DNA from: Eledone cirrhosa
Taxonomy: Eukaryota
NCBI GenBank assembly: GCA_964016885.1
Contig: OZ024740.1
Coordinates: 148,118,001-148,182,000, forward strand
Direction: 5' to 3'
DNA length: 64,000 nucleotides
Shown here: in pieces, positions 24,049-37,174 of the stretch
How positions within the stretch are numbered: position 1 is the first letter of the stretch
How the letters are laid out: each line of letters starts with the position of its first letter
Program-made: the position numbers and the translations under genes
The notes under the pieces: generated by a model
Databases searched by the model: none
Told to the model about the DNA's origin: nothing
The model's input: the letters and a program-made list of their open reading frames with translations, nothing else

Positions 24049-26850
24049 TTTGAGTCTCAGTCATTGATGTTAGTTAACTGGAAAGTTTGTTGAAATGAAT
24101 ATCAAGCCACTACCTGCAGCCTCAGATATTCAGGACGTATCGGAGGGTTCTTGCTGTTCCCAGCAAGCATGCTTTTTGAGGCGTTCCAAAAAGCGTGAAG
24201 GGGCCAATTTTCTTTAACCATCCCTGGAAACTTTTTGAGATAGTCCCTAGTGCGCCTATGACAATCGGGACCACTTTGACTTCATCGCAGTTCCAAATTC
24301 TTTTTACCTCCCACTTTAAGTCCTGGTTTCGGTTAATTTTCTCATTCTCCTTCTCTTGCACTCTCGTGTCGAATGGGCAGGCCACATCCACAATCAGGCA
24401 CGATCTTTTTTCTTTGTCCACAACCACCAGGTCAGGTCTATTATGTTCCAGTTTCTTGTCCGTCTGTATCCTAAAATCCCACAGCACCTTCACCTGATCG
24501 TTTTCTATCACCGACTCTGGCTTATGCTCATACCACTTCTCAGAATGTGGTAAATTGTTTACTTTGCATAGGTGCCAGTGGATCACCCTGCCCATCACAT
24601 CATGTCTCCAGCCCTTATAGTGAGTATGGGCTAGGTGTTTACACTCGGATACAATGTGAGCCACAGTCCCCTCTCTCTCTCCACAGATCCTGCACAGTGG
24701 GCTAGCCTCCTCCTTGTAAATATGGTGTTTCAACCACTTCATTTTGAGGGCCTGTTCCTGCGCAGCCATTAACATTCCTTCTGTAGCCTTTTTAAGGTCT
24801 CCTCTTTTCAACCAGTTCCATGTCTGTGGATCTCTGAATTCAGTTTTCTCAAAGAAGGTACTATGAAGGGATTTTTCCTGAAGGCTGCTCTTTCTCCTTG
24901 ATGTTATTTCCTCCTTGGACATCCCCTGGTCTATTGTCCCCTCCTTCAGTACAGTTCTGAGCATTGGCTCCTTACTATCAGTCACGTATTTTTGTAGGTT
25001 GTTTTTCTCCATCTGAACACAGTCCTCTATGCTGATAAGACCTCTTCCACCTTCAGATCTCCTTAAGTAGAGTCTTTCGACATCACTCCTCTTGTGGAAC
25101 ATGTTGTAGATAGTCAATAGCTTCCTAGCTTTCCTATCCATTTGTTTTTGTTCAGCAACATTCCATCTCAGAATTCCCGCACTGTACCTAATAATAGACA
25201 CAGCTCTGGAATTTACTGCACTTATGGCATTCCTACTGTTCAGATGTGACTTTAATACGCTCCTTACTCTCCGAATGTATTCAGTTCTTATCAATTCCTT
25301 CATTCTTTTGTTCTTGATGTCATCAGCCTTCAGAACACCCAAATACTTGTATCCTTCTTCAGAGTCAATTTCCTTTATCATCTCACCTGTTGGTACCTGG
25401 ATTCCGCTACTTCTGCTCAATTTACCCCTCTTCATCACAAGGACTCCACACTTACTAATACCAAATTGCATACATATATCATTGCTGAAAATACGGACAG
25501 TGTCAACAAGCACATCCAACTCCTTACACTCTTCCCGAAGAGCTTAAGATCGTCCATGAAGAGGAGGTGATTGATGGCAAGCCCTCCCTTTCCCAACCTG
25601 TATCCTGCTCTCACTTTTCGCAGTACACTGGTCAGGGGCATCAGGGCAAGGACAAACAACAGAGGGGACAGACTATCTCCCTGGAAGATACCTCTCTTAA
25701 TCTTCACGCTTCCCAAGGATTCTCCAGTTGATGTTAACTCTGTTTACCAGGACTTCATACTTTTGCCCAACAACTGTCTGATGTTATCTGCCACCTTGAA
25801 GATCTCCAGGCTTTTGGTGATCCAAGAATGAGGCACCATGTCAAATGCCTTTTTGTAGTCTATCCATCCCATGGCAAGACCAGTGTGTCTCCTCTTGCAA
25901 TTCCTCATTACCATCTTATCAATAAGTAACTGGTCCTTTGTACCACGTGACTTCTTTCGGCATCTTTTCTGTTCATCCGGTAACAAGTTGTTTGTGTGGA
26001 GGTGATGGTAGATTTCCTCAGACATAATGCTTGTCAACAGTTTCCACATTACGGACAGACATGTGATAGGTCTATAGTTGGTACCATCATTACCCTTGAT
26101 TCGGTCTTTCATTACCAGAACTGTGGTACCTTTTGTCAACCACTCTGGTACCTCACCTGACATCAAGCAGTCATTGAACATGGTTGTCAGTTTCGGGTGG
26201 AGGGATGTTATATTTTTAATCCAATACCCCTGCACACCATCTGGGCCTGGTGATTTCCAGTTGGTTAGTTTTTTGGCCTGCCCCTTAAGAGTTTCAACTG
26301 TGATACTCAAATCAGTTTGTTGGTGTGCCTGTTTACTAATCTCCTTCTGTACTGTCTCGATCCACACTGCCTGGTCATTATGTTTAACATCCTGCTCCCA
26401 TATTCCTCTCCAGAATGTTTTAGTTTGTTCCGCCTCAGGGATCAAGTCGTTGCCTCTTTCTTTCCCTTCAAGCTGTCCAAACAGCATCTTCTGTTTGTTG
26501 TCGAACATGCGGTTCTGTCTATACTGACTGACTCTGTTCTCGTATCGCCTGATTTTTGCACTCTTTGCTACAATGTGTTGCTTCAGTTCCTCTATGATAA
26601 TATTTAGCTTTTTCCTCCTAGTTTTGTACTTTATTTCCAGTCTATTTTTAGTGTCTATGTTTTTTAGTGTCCCATTCAGTAGTGACTCAAGCTTTCCAAT
26701 GTCATTTCTCATTTCCCTGATTTGACCACTCAGTCGTTTCTTCCACCAAGGCTCTGATCTTTCTTGTTTGTTGTTTCCTCTCGCTTTTATACCAAGTAGT
26801 TTCCTCACCGTATTTGCTGTTGCTTTGAGGATATTGTTGCACTGGTCAAG
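23983..26850 (-). mobile_element. R4/Dong-clade retrotransposon, copy B, 5'-truncated pseudogene with (TAA)n tail at 23983-24047
   Basis: ORF pieces 25744..26808, 25435..25716 and 24122..25519 are collinear with copy A. There is a premature stop at 25744 and a frameshift near 25525. The 3' UTR is nearly identical to copy A. Confidence 0.92.
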
Positions 26851-26862
26851 GCGCCTCGCCTC

Positions 26863-27049
26863 AAGGTGTGGATTGGCAGTATCGGTAGAGGTTCGGACGC
26901 CATGCTTTGACGCATAGAGTTACGGCCCTTGCCATTCTGAGTTCAAATCCCGCCGAGGTTAACTTTGCCTTTCATCCTTACGGGGTCGATAAAATAAAGT
27001 ACCAGTAATGTACTAGTAATTTTCTGGCCTTGTGCCAATAGTAGAAACA

Positions 27050-27085
<36 letters not shown>
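26863..27085 (+). mobile_element. Full-length SINE with (TTA)n tail
   Basis: ggtgtggattggcagtatcggtagag (A-box-like)...gagttcaaatcccgcc (B-box)...gcctttcatccttacggggtcgataaaataaagtaccag. Confidence 0.92.
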
Positions 27086-27278
27086 GGCGACCTACGTAGT
27101 AAATCGTATCATCGTGAGCTCCGCAAAGGTTTGTTATTTCCGTTTGTTAAAATTTTTTATTGTTAACTATATATAAGCGCACATACATTGTTTTCCGAAA
27201 AGGACACCCAAAAAGATTGGGGTCTTGTGCCCAAAATTTAAACTTTTATGATTATCAAAAAATTTATTTGAAAAAAAA

Positions 27279-29267
27279 ATGGCTAATTCACCACTGCACC
27301 AAGCAGCTGAAAGCCTTTCTCACAAATTAACACCTCACACCGACACCACCATTGTAAATGATACTACGTTTGCCAACACAAACAATTTAAGCACTAGCAA
27401 TATTCTAAATTCGTCTCAGGCAGACATTCATTTCCCGCCATTACCAATGACTGCAGGTGTTAAAGCCGCCACCACCACCACCACCGCGACAATCATCACC
27501 CCACCATCACCGCGACAACAGAAACAAAAGGAAAAAATAAATCAACTCGTGATGTCGAAATATTTTCAACCAAAATGGATTCTCCCAAACCGAACTTCAC
27601 TGACGTTACCACCACCACAACTGAAACTAAAATTAATAATAACAAAAATAACGATAGCAACAACAACAACAATAACATTAAAAAAACCACCCTGAGTTTT
27701 GCCAGAGTAGCAAAACAGTGCGAAGCATTTACGGTAACTCAGGAGGAATTAGAAAATGCCAAACAAATGGTAAAGAAAGATGGGTACAGGGTCAGCCTCA
27801 CCCCCTCCCCCACACCTAATAAAATGGAGCATCGGCGCCTATGCACCGTGTCGTATCGAACAATAAATGTAAAATCGCGCCGAGTGGAACGGGCATCCGA
27901 GTCCCAAATCCAAAAAGCTTTGGGACATGTGTGGGCAAGAAAAACCCACATCAGACGTGGGCCGAAGTATGGAACAGTGGACGTGTTCTTTGAAACACCA
28001 GAGGAGGCTAGAGAACACTACATGGCTCTATTAAGAAGTGAAGACTTCACACTCGTCCCAAGCTATTGTGGCCAGAGACTCGTAAAGATCAGGGTGACCC
28101 ACGTTCCACCGGCCATCGAAATTCCCTGGCTAATAGCGGCCGTCCTCGCCGGCATCGAAGCCAACACAAAGATAATAGCAATAGCAAAAGAAAAGCAGGA
28201 GAACTGGTCCGGATCTGGGATGGAGCTCCTGATCCAAGCGGACCAAAAAAGCATTGAGGAGATCCCAGAGGTAATAGACCTCACTGACAGCAGCCACCTC
28301 ACCGTAATTGTCGAGGGCAGAAGGCCTAGGTGTGTCGTTTGTGGTGAAGGAACCCACCTAAGGGCTTTCTGCCCTCAGGCTAAAAGGTTGAGGCCACCTC
28401 TCCTACCCACCCCAGTGACACAACCATCAACACCACCAGTAGCAGAGATGGCAGCAACAACTGTAGCAGCAACAACAGAAGCAACTATAACAGCAACAAC
28501 CCCAGCAGCAGTAGCAAAACCAACACCACCACCACCAGCAAAACCAACACCACCACCACCCAACGCTTCAGAACTAGCACCAGCGCCTACACCATCCACC
28601 ACGCCACAACCCAAACTAACGCCTGTGGAGGATTTTCCACTCCCCGGCCTATCACAACTGGAGACAGATTGTGACGACGAGGAGTGGGAAACGGTATCAG
28701 GAAAAAAAAAAAGAAATCAAAATGAAAAAATTCTCTTCCTCCCCCTCCCAAAACAAAATACAGAGGGAAACAAATAAATTAACAAACAAAAAAGTTAGGA
28801 CAGATATGCCACCATCCACACCAGCATCACCAACCCCATCAACCCAAATACCAACACCATCACCATCATTAACCCCAACACCACCATCACCTACACCACA
28901 ACAGTCACCAAAATGCGAAACAGAAACAAACCCACAACAAACGCAAACAAAACAAAACAACCAAAACGATACACACTACACAGCATTAAATTTGAACAAC
29001 AAGCAATTATTACACTACATCCAACACAACACCAGCATCACAGAAAAAGACTACACAACAACCCCAAAATTCACACCACCTCCACACATACAAATCACTC
29101 GCATCACACAGAAAACGTACATGACACTAAAACAAAAATTCCCCAAAGACATCGGAGACTTCCGACAAGCACTCTCCAGGAGGATTTATAAGGACATCCT
29201 TCCTGAGGAGGCCACAAGCAGTGAAAAGGATGGAAAAACCGTCCTTCCCCTACGAGAAGTAAGGTAA
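27279..29267 (+). pseudogene. Tx1-type ORF1 (gag-like, CCHC knuckle, Pro/Thr-rich), split by two frameshifts
   Basis: Overlapping frames 27279..27695, 27575..28777 (CVVCGEGTHLRAFC) and 28671..29267. The second shift is at the A-run near 28703-28712. Confidence 0.8.
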
Positions 29268-29301
29268 GTGGTCTTTCCCATCTTTACAACTCCTTTTCAA
29301 C

Positions 29302-32300
29302 ATGACCTCACTCAGAATAGGCAGCATAAATGCGCGTGGCTTGGGGTCGTCATGGAAGCAGGGCCACCTGCTCAACGACCTCAAGTCACTAAACATAGAT
29401 GTAGTGGCCATCAGCGAGACCAGAATCTCCGAAGCACGGGCCTTCGCATCGATCTTCGGCGGCTACGATGTGTACGCATCTCCCAGCCGTCCGGGATCGG
29501 GGGGAGGAGTTGCTGTGCCTTTTCGGAGAGGTTTGGATCTTGCCATACGGGCCATCTTCCAGGAACCAGAAGGTAAGTTGGGGTGCTGGACGTGACCAGC
29601 GGAGACGGGCAAGCTTTCAGGTTAGTGGCCGTCTATGCCCCGACAGGAGCAGGGCGGCCTGATTTCTTCCGGCGTCTGGAGACCTTTCTTGGAACGTCCC
29701 GCTCTTTAGTGTTAGTGGGCGACTGGAACGGGATCTTAGATGCACGCTGGGATTGTGTGGGATTAGTGGATAGGGAAGGAGGGTGCAAGAGTCTCACCAA
29801 CCTGCTCAGGCGTTTTGAACTGTCTGACAGGTACCGAATGGATTTCCCGAATGTACCAATGTGGACTTGGACAAATCGCATAGGGTCATCCAGATCATAT
29901 CTAGATAGAGTATTTTGTAGGGAAATAGATAAGTCTAGCATAGACTGTCCACAATTCAAGATAGTCAGCTACACGGACCACAAATTCGTGATCTGTGTGC
30001 TTGACTTAGATAGGCTTCATAGACGAGGACCCGGCTACTGGAAGCTAAACGCGTCCTTACCAGCGCGCAAGGCCAACAGAGACCGGATTAGCGAACTAGT
30101 TAAGCGGGCGTTGACGGGGGCCATCGTCAACAACAAGTGGTGGTTTGCTCTGAAAAGAGCAATTAGAATAGAGTCCATTAGGTTTAGTAAGGCTTTAGCA
30201 ATAGAGAAAAATAGAGCAGAGGGAGAATTAGTTAGAAAATTAGATGAGGCGCTTAGCAAAGGCATCGCGACCGACGTACTTGCGGCGAAATTGGCCCTTG
30301 ACCAATTCTTCAATGCAAAGCACGAAGGCTGCGTTGTCAGAGCTAGGGTGCGTGCTCTCAGACACGAGGGGACGAAAGCCGTTCAATGGGCCCGAGTGGC
30401 GGAGGCGCGTCGTGGCAATAAAGCCACGATCCGGTCTTTGGTGGACCACGACGGGCGCATGCTACTCGATCCCGGGAAAATGTGTGAAGCTTTTCAGCGA
30501 CACTTCGCTCAACTGTTCGTGGGCAGTGGCGGGCCGGATCGAGGGATGGACTTTAGTGTCTACCTCAACGGACTGACGCGGCTTTCGGCCACTGAGGCGG
30601 AGTGTTGCGAAAAGCCGATAACAACCGCTGAAGTACGGGAGGCAATGACTGGCTGCACAAGAGGTAAATCGCCTGGTTTGGATGGTCTGCCCTATGAACT
30701 TTACGTACAAATGCCAGACTTGTTAGGAGGCCTCTTGGCGGACGTCTACTGCAACTGGCAACAGAACGGGAGAATTCCCAGCTCTGTGAGCCGAGGAGCG
30801 GTGGCGCTGCTGAGAAAGGATCCGAACAATGGGGATAACATAGATAATTTTAGGCCCATAACTCTGCTAAACACAGAGTTCAAGATTTTGGCCAAGGTGC
30901 TAGCAAAGAGGTTGGCGCTTGTCGTTGGTGGTCTGGTGGGAGAGGCACAGACATGCGCCATTCCCGACAGATCCATCCACGACAACCTCCACTTCATGCG
31001 ATACATCGTAGAGAGGGTAGCTAGGGAACCTGGCACGGGTGGGTCTTTGATCAATTTAGATCAGTCGAAAGCCTTCGATAGGGTCGACCATCGTTATCTA
31101 GCGGCAGTCCTGAGGGCGGCTGGCTTTGGGCCCGTCTTCAGAGGCTGGATCGCTGCCATGCACAGCGACATCTGCTCTGTAGTGAGAGTGAACCGTCACC
31201 TTTCGGAACCGTTCAACATCATGCGCTCGGTCCGCCAAGGATATCCCGTCTCGTCCCTATTGTACGTATTGACTCTCGAGCCATTACTGCACAAACTGGA
31301 GACGTTGAGGGGGGTCCCGCGCGAACTAGGATGCGGAAGATCCGTGTCAGCATATGCCGACGATGTCACAGTAGTGATGTCGAACGCCAAACACATCGAG
31401 GCGATCGGCACTACACTAAGAGAATACGAAGCGGTGACAGGAGCAATGATCAACCACGAAAAGTCAGTGGGCCTGCAGCTCGGCACCTGGAGAGGCAGGT
31501 CCATGCCGTCTAACAGCGTCGTCGGGCGCTGGACGGACGGACCGGTTAAATTGCTAGGGGTCTGGTTCGGTCCAGACCTCCAGACGGACAAAAACTGGTA
31601 CGAGGTGACGAGCAGGGTGGCTTCTCTCACCCAGAAATGGGCCGAGAGGAAGCTATCCCTGAAAGGTTGAGCGGAGGTGGCTAACGCGTACATCGGGTCC
31701 GTCATCTACTACCGCCTGACCGTCGTACCTTGTCCTAAGCCCCGCCTGACTGCGCTGGAGCGTTTGCTCTTTCGCTTCTTGTGGAAGGGACGCGCTCCGA
31801 TGGTCAGGCGGTCCATCTGCTGTCAACACCCGCTACGTGGAGGGCTGGGCATGCCGTGGCTGATGATGCGCAGACACGCGCTCAGGCTACGACATCTCCA
31901 CCTCTTCCTCGACGGTGATCAGGTGTGGTCGCCGTTTGCTAGACACGTTTTTCCCCAGCTCGTCTCCTTGACGGAGCTGCAGTCCTGGGTCAAGCGAAGA
32001 CCGAGAGGGAGCGCTTGGAGACTGGAATGTCTTCAGGCGCTCACAGCCCTCGACCAATCGGGCAATGTGATCGGTAGAAACTCCACCTTGGCGTTCTATA
32101 GGGGATTAGTGGAGGGGAAGAGCGACGACGTACTTGGAGAAACTCTAGGCGTCGACGAAAATCAACTAGCCAATCTCTTCGGAAGGACTTTCGGGCCGGG
32201 GCCTATGGACAACTTCCAGAAATCCCTGGCCTGGCAGTGCTACCGGGGAGCTTTGCCAGTTCGGGATAAACTCTACAGGCATGGAGGTGCCGTCAGCCGG

Positions 32301-32720
32301 GCATGTCCGAGATGCGCGCAGGGCGACGAAACCGTCCTGCACGCACTCGTCCAGTGTCCGAGCATAGCTGACTTGTGGGTTTATGTCGAACACCTGCTGT
32401 CACGTGTAGGACGGATCCGGCTATCAGCTGAGTCCATCGTGAGGATTGCCCCGCCCCCTTCCTTTAGCCGGGAAGGGCAGGCAGTTTTTATCTGTCTGGT
32501 GGCCATGGCGAAAGAGATAGTATGGTGGACACGTTTGAAAGGGCTGAAGACGAGCACTTACCTCTTCGGTGATGTCCTGATTAACTTTTTCAAATTTCAT
32601 TTGAAAAGGAAAATCAGGGTAGAGAGGGAAGTGCTCTCTTCCCAGCATTTTGTTGAAAGATGGGTGAGAGAAGCAAGTATGGCCCGAATGAATGGGCCTT
32701 CTCTGAGTATGTGTCTGTAA
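29302..32720 (+). pseudogene. Tx1-type ORF2: AP endonuclease + reverse transcriptase + C-terminal zinc finger; one frameshift and one premature stop
   Basis: SINARGL, ISET, VYAP, GDWN, YLDRV, TDH (APE); GYWKLN; KSPGLDG, FRPITLLN, DQSKAFD, VRQG, YADD; CPRC..ETVLHALVQC. Frameshift at about 29580 and TGA at 31668-31670. Confidence 0.92.
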
Positions 32721-32963
32721 ATTAAAGGTGGAATACTGGGAGAGGGCACTTGCCCTGGTGGTCAGGGCCACTGTGGTCTTTTAATGGGCTTTCTCCACAA
32801 ATGTCCCTCGGAAGTCTCCCCCCTATTGGGGAATTTTTCTTTGTTATTTTATTTCAACCTCTGTTTTTTTTACACGCAGAAATGCCCATTTGTACCGTCC
32901 TGTATTGTCCTGTACTCTCCTTAATGTCTACTTTATGTAAACCCTTGTGGTTAATAAAGAAAA

Positions 32964-33013
<50 letters not shown>

Positions 33014-34193
33014 TATTATAAAATGTTTGTAAGAAGAATAAACATTGTAGTGGATATAAACAAGAGTGAATGCCTGTCTTTGAGAAACACTAGCTTCTCT
33101 TATGAATGCAAACAATATCTGAGACCATTCAGTATGTGACACAGCTTCCATACCTTTAATCTAAAAGAATATGTACATTGATAGAACGAACTTTAAGCAA
33201 AACCACGGCTGAAGTTTCGGAAAAGAAGACAAGAGAGAGAAAGAGCGTGGAAGGAAGAGCTCAGATACTTAGGTTTCTTCAGGCCCTGAAACGAATTCAA
33301 AAGAAGGTAATATATCACCCTCTCCAATTTGCCATGGATGGGTTATATCGATTTTATGCCAGCTGCTGGAATCGATTGCCTTCGAAATATTCCGATCTTG
33401 ATTCTATCAGGGATATTCTTGAATTCCCTTTTTATCCAGTATTGCTTCTACCATTTTTCGATCTTCAAGTGTTCTTCTGTTTTAGTAATTGTTGTTCTCT
33501 CACTTGTTTACCATCGGATGGCTTGTGCAGCTATATGTGAATCAACATGGCTTCACTTCTTTTATCACATACCTTATATCTTATATTTTCCAAGCTTGCT
33601 AATCTCAACCAGAAATAAGTTGAAAAGAATTCACTCCTGAAAGTTCAGGCAGTGGTAGCAGATGCTAGTACAGTGGTGTATACCTAACTACGATGCATCG
33701 GCCCTGAAAGGATCCGACCAGATAAGAACACAATTAGCATTATTGACTGTGGAATAAGTCAAATACACCGAACAATGTTCTATAAATATTTTAACGATTA
33801 TAAATCCCCTAAATTTGTAAGATATTAAATGATTTGAAGAAAGCATGATTTATTGAATATTTCTCCTCAAAGAGAAGATATTCGAAACGTTATTTGTCGT
33901 TCAGACGTTCAATTGGCACGTCCGATTATACCAACAATCAATATTTATAATTTCTATAACTGTCACAAGACCACAAATTTTGGGTATGCGTGGGTTTGTG
34001 TGGCGTGCTAATCAATTCAAGTGACCTAAAAATAAGAAAGTGAAAGTCGAGTGCTAGGGTTTGTTGGTACTTGTCTAGAATATTTTTGTTCGTTTTTTGT
34101 TTAAGTTCATTTTTGATTTAGCGAGAATATCTGATTTAATTCACATCTTGCGGAGAGCTTCGTTATAGGCGTCCATGCTATTCAACTCAATCC

Positions 34194-34400
34194 GGTGGAT
34201 TGGCAGTATTGGTAGAGCTTCGGACATCCTGCTTCACGGCATACAGTTCAAATCCCTCCGAGGTTAGCTTTGCCTTTCGTCCTTACGGGGTCGATAAAGT
34301 AAAGTACCAGTAATGCACTAGGGTCGATTTAATCGACATCCCCTCCTCCAATATTGCTGGCCTTGTGCCTAAATCAGAAATCATTATTATTGTAATTATT
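34194..34400 (+). mobile_element. SINE copy
   Basis: ggtggattggcagtattggtagag...gttcaaatcc...cttacggggtcgataaagtaaagtaccag...ggccttgtgcctaaa. Confidence 0.9.
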
Positions 34401-34407
34401 ACTCGGC

Positions 34408-34650
34408 AAGGGCAGTAGATCGCTAGGGTGCCGGACACCATGCTTCGCGGGATAGAGTTACGCTCCTTTACGTTCTGAGTTCAAATCCCGCCGAGCTTAG
34501 CTTTGCCTTTTATCCTTACGGGGTCGATAAATAAAGCACCAGTAATGCACTGAGGTCGATTTAATCGACTTTCCCCTCCCCCCAAATTGCTGGCCTTGTG
34601 CCTAAAGTAGAAACAATTATTATTGTTGTTGTTGTTGTTTGTTGTTGTTT
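34408..34650 (+). mobile_element. SINE copy in tandem with the previous one
   Basis: ctgagttcaaatcccgccgag...ttacggggtcgataaataaagcaccag...cctaaagtagaaacaattatt with a (TTG)n tail. Confidence 0.9.
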
Positions 34651-35669
34651 GCTGTGGCAAGACAGGTTACCCCCTGTTTCGGTGATTGGATGTAAATATT
34701 ACGGATTTATTAAACAACAGTAGGTTTATTTTCTGTGTCGTGTCGCATGGACTTTATAAAAAGAGTGGTGAATGTCTGTTTTATTTCCCTTTTTTTTTTT
34801 TTGTAGGGATGGGGCATACATTTTGAACATATTCTTTTTATTTTGTTTCGCTAAGCCATATTTTAAAATGTCTTTTAGCAGGAAGACGTGTTGGTCAAGT
34901 GGCGGTAACAGCATCATATACAAATACGCCCTCCCCACTCCTCTAGCGAAGAAGGTATTTGGGAAAACCACTTACTTAACAGATTTAATCGATCGAACAG
35001 AACAAATAAAAGTTAAAAACGCTGAAAAACTAGACATATAAGGAGAAAAACGACTTTGTAACAGAAAACGGTGACAAAAATGACTTACATATTCGCAGCG
35101 AAAAGGCAACAGCAACCACACTCACACAAACAAATTTTGCCGAGCATAAATGTTAGTGATTTTGGAAATAGTTTTGCGAACGTTTTTTTCCCACGAAACA
35201 CTTTCTGGACAAACAGTGGGGAAAAGTCCATTGTCTTCCGCTTCTCCTATGGTTTCTCCAAATGTTAGCCTTAATCTACTACAGGCTGATTTCTTCCTTC
35301 TTTTCTTATTAAACACAGAGAATTTAGAGATCCTAAATTCCATTCCGATGTCACTTCTACAATCTTTACTGTTTTAACCAAAGAATTTACATTTATTATT
35401 ACATTTTCATGGTAAAGGCTTTATCTCATAATATCGAATCTATGTTATTAATTTTGAGAATAATACCTTAAAGTCAGTATGAATAACCGGTTATGGCTGG
35501 TTTGAACAGAAATAGGTGAAAGAATTCTGGCAGGATATGGCCGGTTGAAACATGGTAGAAACGATGCATTTAATGCATTCATCAAATCCATAAGCCTTCT
35601 TTGTAATACCAGCGATTCATCATCCAACTGGCTCTCTCCTCTTCTAAAACCACCCTCAGCAGTAGAAGG

Positions 35670-36240
35670 GTTCAATCTATAACCTCCCTCGCCAGCAACC
35701 CTAAAGTCTTATAATTTCCCTGTTCCTGTTGTCTATTTTTCTCTCTGATTTCAACTGTAGAAACGGCTCCAGCTTCTACCCTAACCTCCCTTTGTTGCTT
35801 ATCAGCTGGTTCTCTTAAACCTTCACTAATCCGAGATATTTCTACCTTAGTTAACCAACCCTTCCTTCTAATTACACTCATTTGTTTCATTTGTTTACTC
35901 TCTGACATCGAAAACATGATCTTTCCCACCCAAAGTCCAAAGTACGTTACCCTACAGCATGGCTTCCCTTCACTTTTGTTCTTTCATAACATTCAATGAG
36001 TGTAGCGTATTTTTCCTTGGACCACTTGTGTCTAGCTGCAGACATTCTTTGTGTGATCTGCTGCTTGGTAACATGCCAAGCGAGAGACCTTCACCGGAAT
36101 TGATTCCCGCTTCATTCACGCCATTAACTATTTCATTATTGTTTTACATCAGGATTCCATGAGAGTGGTTTGTTGGATTTTCCTTCCCACGAGTATTTTT
36201 ATTGAGATACCTTATCTATATAACCTGCCTTGCCAGGCTA
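35670..36240 (-). mobile_element. Possible decayed 5' region of an R4/Dong-like element
   Basis: ORF 35672..35929 FSMSESKQMKQMSVIRRKGWLTKVEISRI resembles the recalled N-terminal motif EQRLxDQxRxIxKxGWL(S/T)xxE of R4/Dong ORFs. Bordered by an (ATT/ATC)n tract. Confidence 0.5.
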
Positions 36241-36322
36241 AATAGTGTCTTTATAATGATAATTAATATTATCATTATCATCATTAAAGAAATTATCATC
36301 ATTACCATTATTATTATTGGTT

Positions 36323-36455
36323 TTGGATTAGCAGTATCAGTAGAGGGTCGGACGCATAGAGTTACGTCCCTTTTACGGTCTGAGTTCAAATCCTGCCGAG
36401 GTTAACTTTGCCTGTCATCCTTACCTTATGCCAAATATAGAAACTATTATTATTG
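36323..36455 (+). mobile_element. SINE copy with internal deletion
   Basis: tggattagcagtatcagtagagggtcggacgc...ctgagttcaaatcctgccgaggttaactttgcc. Confidence 0.85.
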
Positions 36456-37174
36456 GTTTTATTTACATGTTTCCCGTGTTGTGTATATGTTGTTGTAGTT
36501 GTTGTTGTAACTGCTGCTGCTGTTGCTTCTGTCCTTGTCTTTTGTTACTACTGTCATTGTCAAAGATGTTGATACTACTGCCGTGGTAATTGATGTTGTT
36601 TTTGTTGTTAATGTTCTCTTCTGTTGTAGTAGTCTTGGTGGATGTTGAGTTGCTGTTTTAGTAGTTGTTATTGTTACTCGACTAATCATCGCTGGAGTGT
36701 TTAGTAGTAGTAGCGACAGTCTCTCCATGTACTTTTTTGGCAGTGCTGGTAGTGGTATTTTTTCAAATGCTTCTGTGGTGGTGGTGGTAATAGTGTAGTG
36801 GTGGAGGTGGTGATGGAGTATTATTGGCGGTGGTGATGGAGAAGTGGTGGAGTAGAGGTGTTGACTGTGGCGGAGTAGTGGCGGCGGTGGTGAGGGAGTA
36901 GCGGTGGCAGTTGTGATGGAGGAACGATGGTGGTGATGGTATAGTGGATGTTGTTACTGTTTGTCTCGGCTAAATGTTGTAGCTATAACACGGTGTGTTA
37001 CTGTTGTTGTGTTTGTGCTGTGTTCTTTAGCGATACGGCTAAGTTTCGTCTGATGCTATTGCTACTTTTATCTAGCAGATAAGTTGATATCAGACTTCCA
37101 GTGTCTCCACAAAATTTAAACAAGCCATTTTGAACTTTTTGAAAAGTTAGAAAGCTGTAGTCTGAAGAATTCAG

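Larger units (their letters stand above)
27086..32965 (+). mobile_element. Near full-length L1/Tx1-clade LINE flanked by (TTA)n on both sides
   Basis: 5' UTR of about 190 bp, ORF1 with a zinc knuckle, ORF2 APE-RT-CCHC, then a 3' UTR with AATAAA at ~32954 followed by (TTA)n. Confidence 0.93.

Noticed and set aside
26863-26955. tRNA gene (A-box/B-box)
   Set aside because: This is a SINE head: there is no cloverleaf and it continues into the SINE body in every copy.
21445-32771. Antisense and alternate-frame ORFs inside the Dong and Tx1 elements
   Set aside because: Shadows of the retrotransposon ORFs. Their recurrence in both Dong copies reflects nucleotide similarity only.
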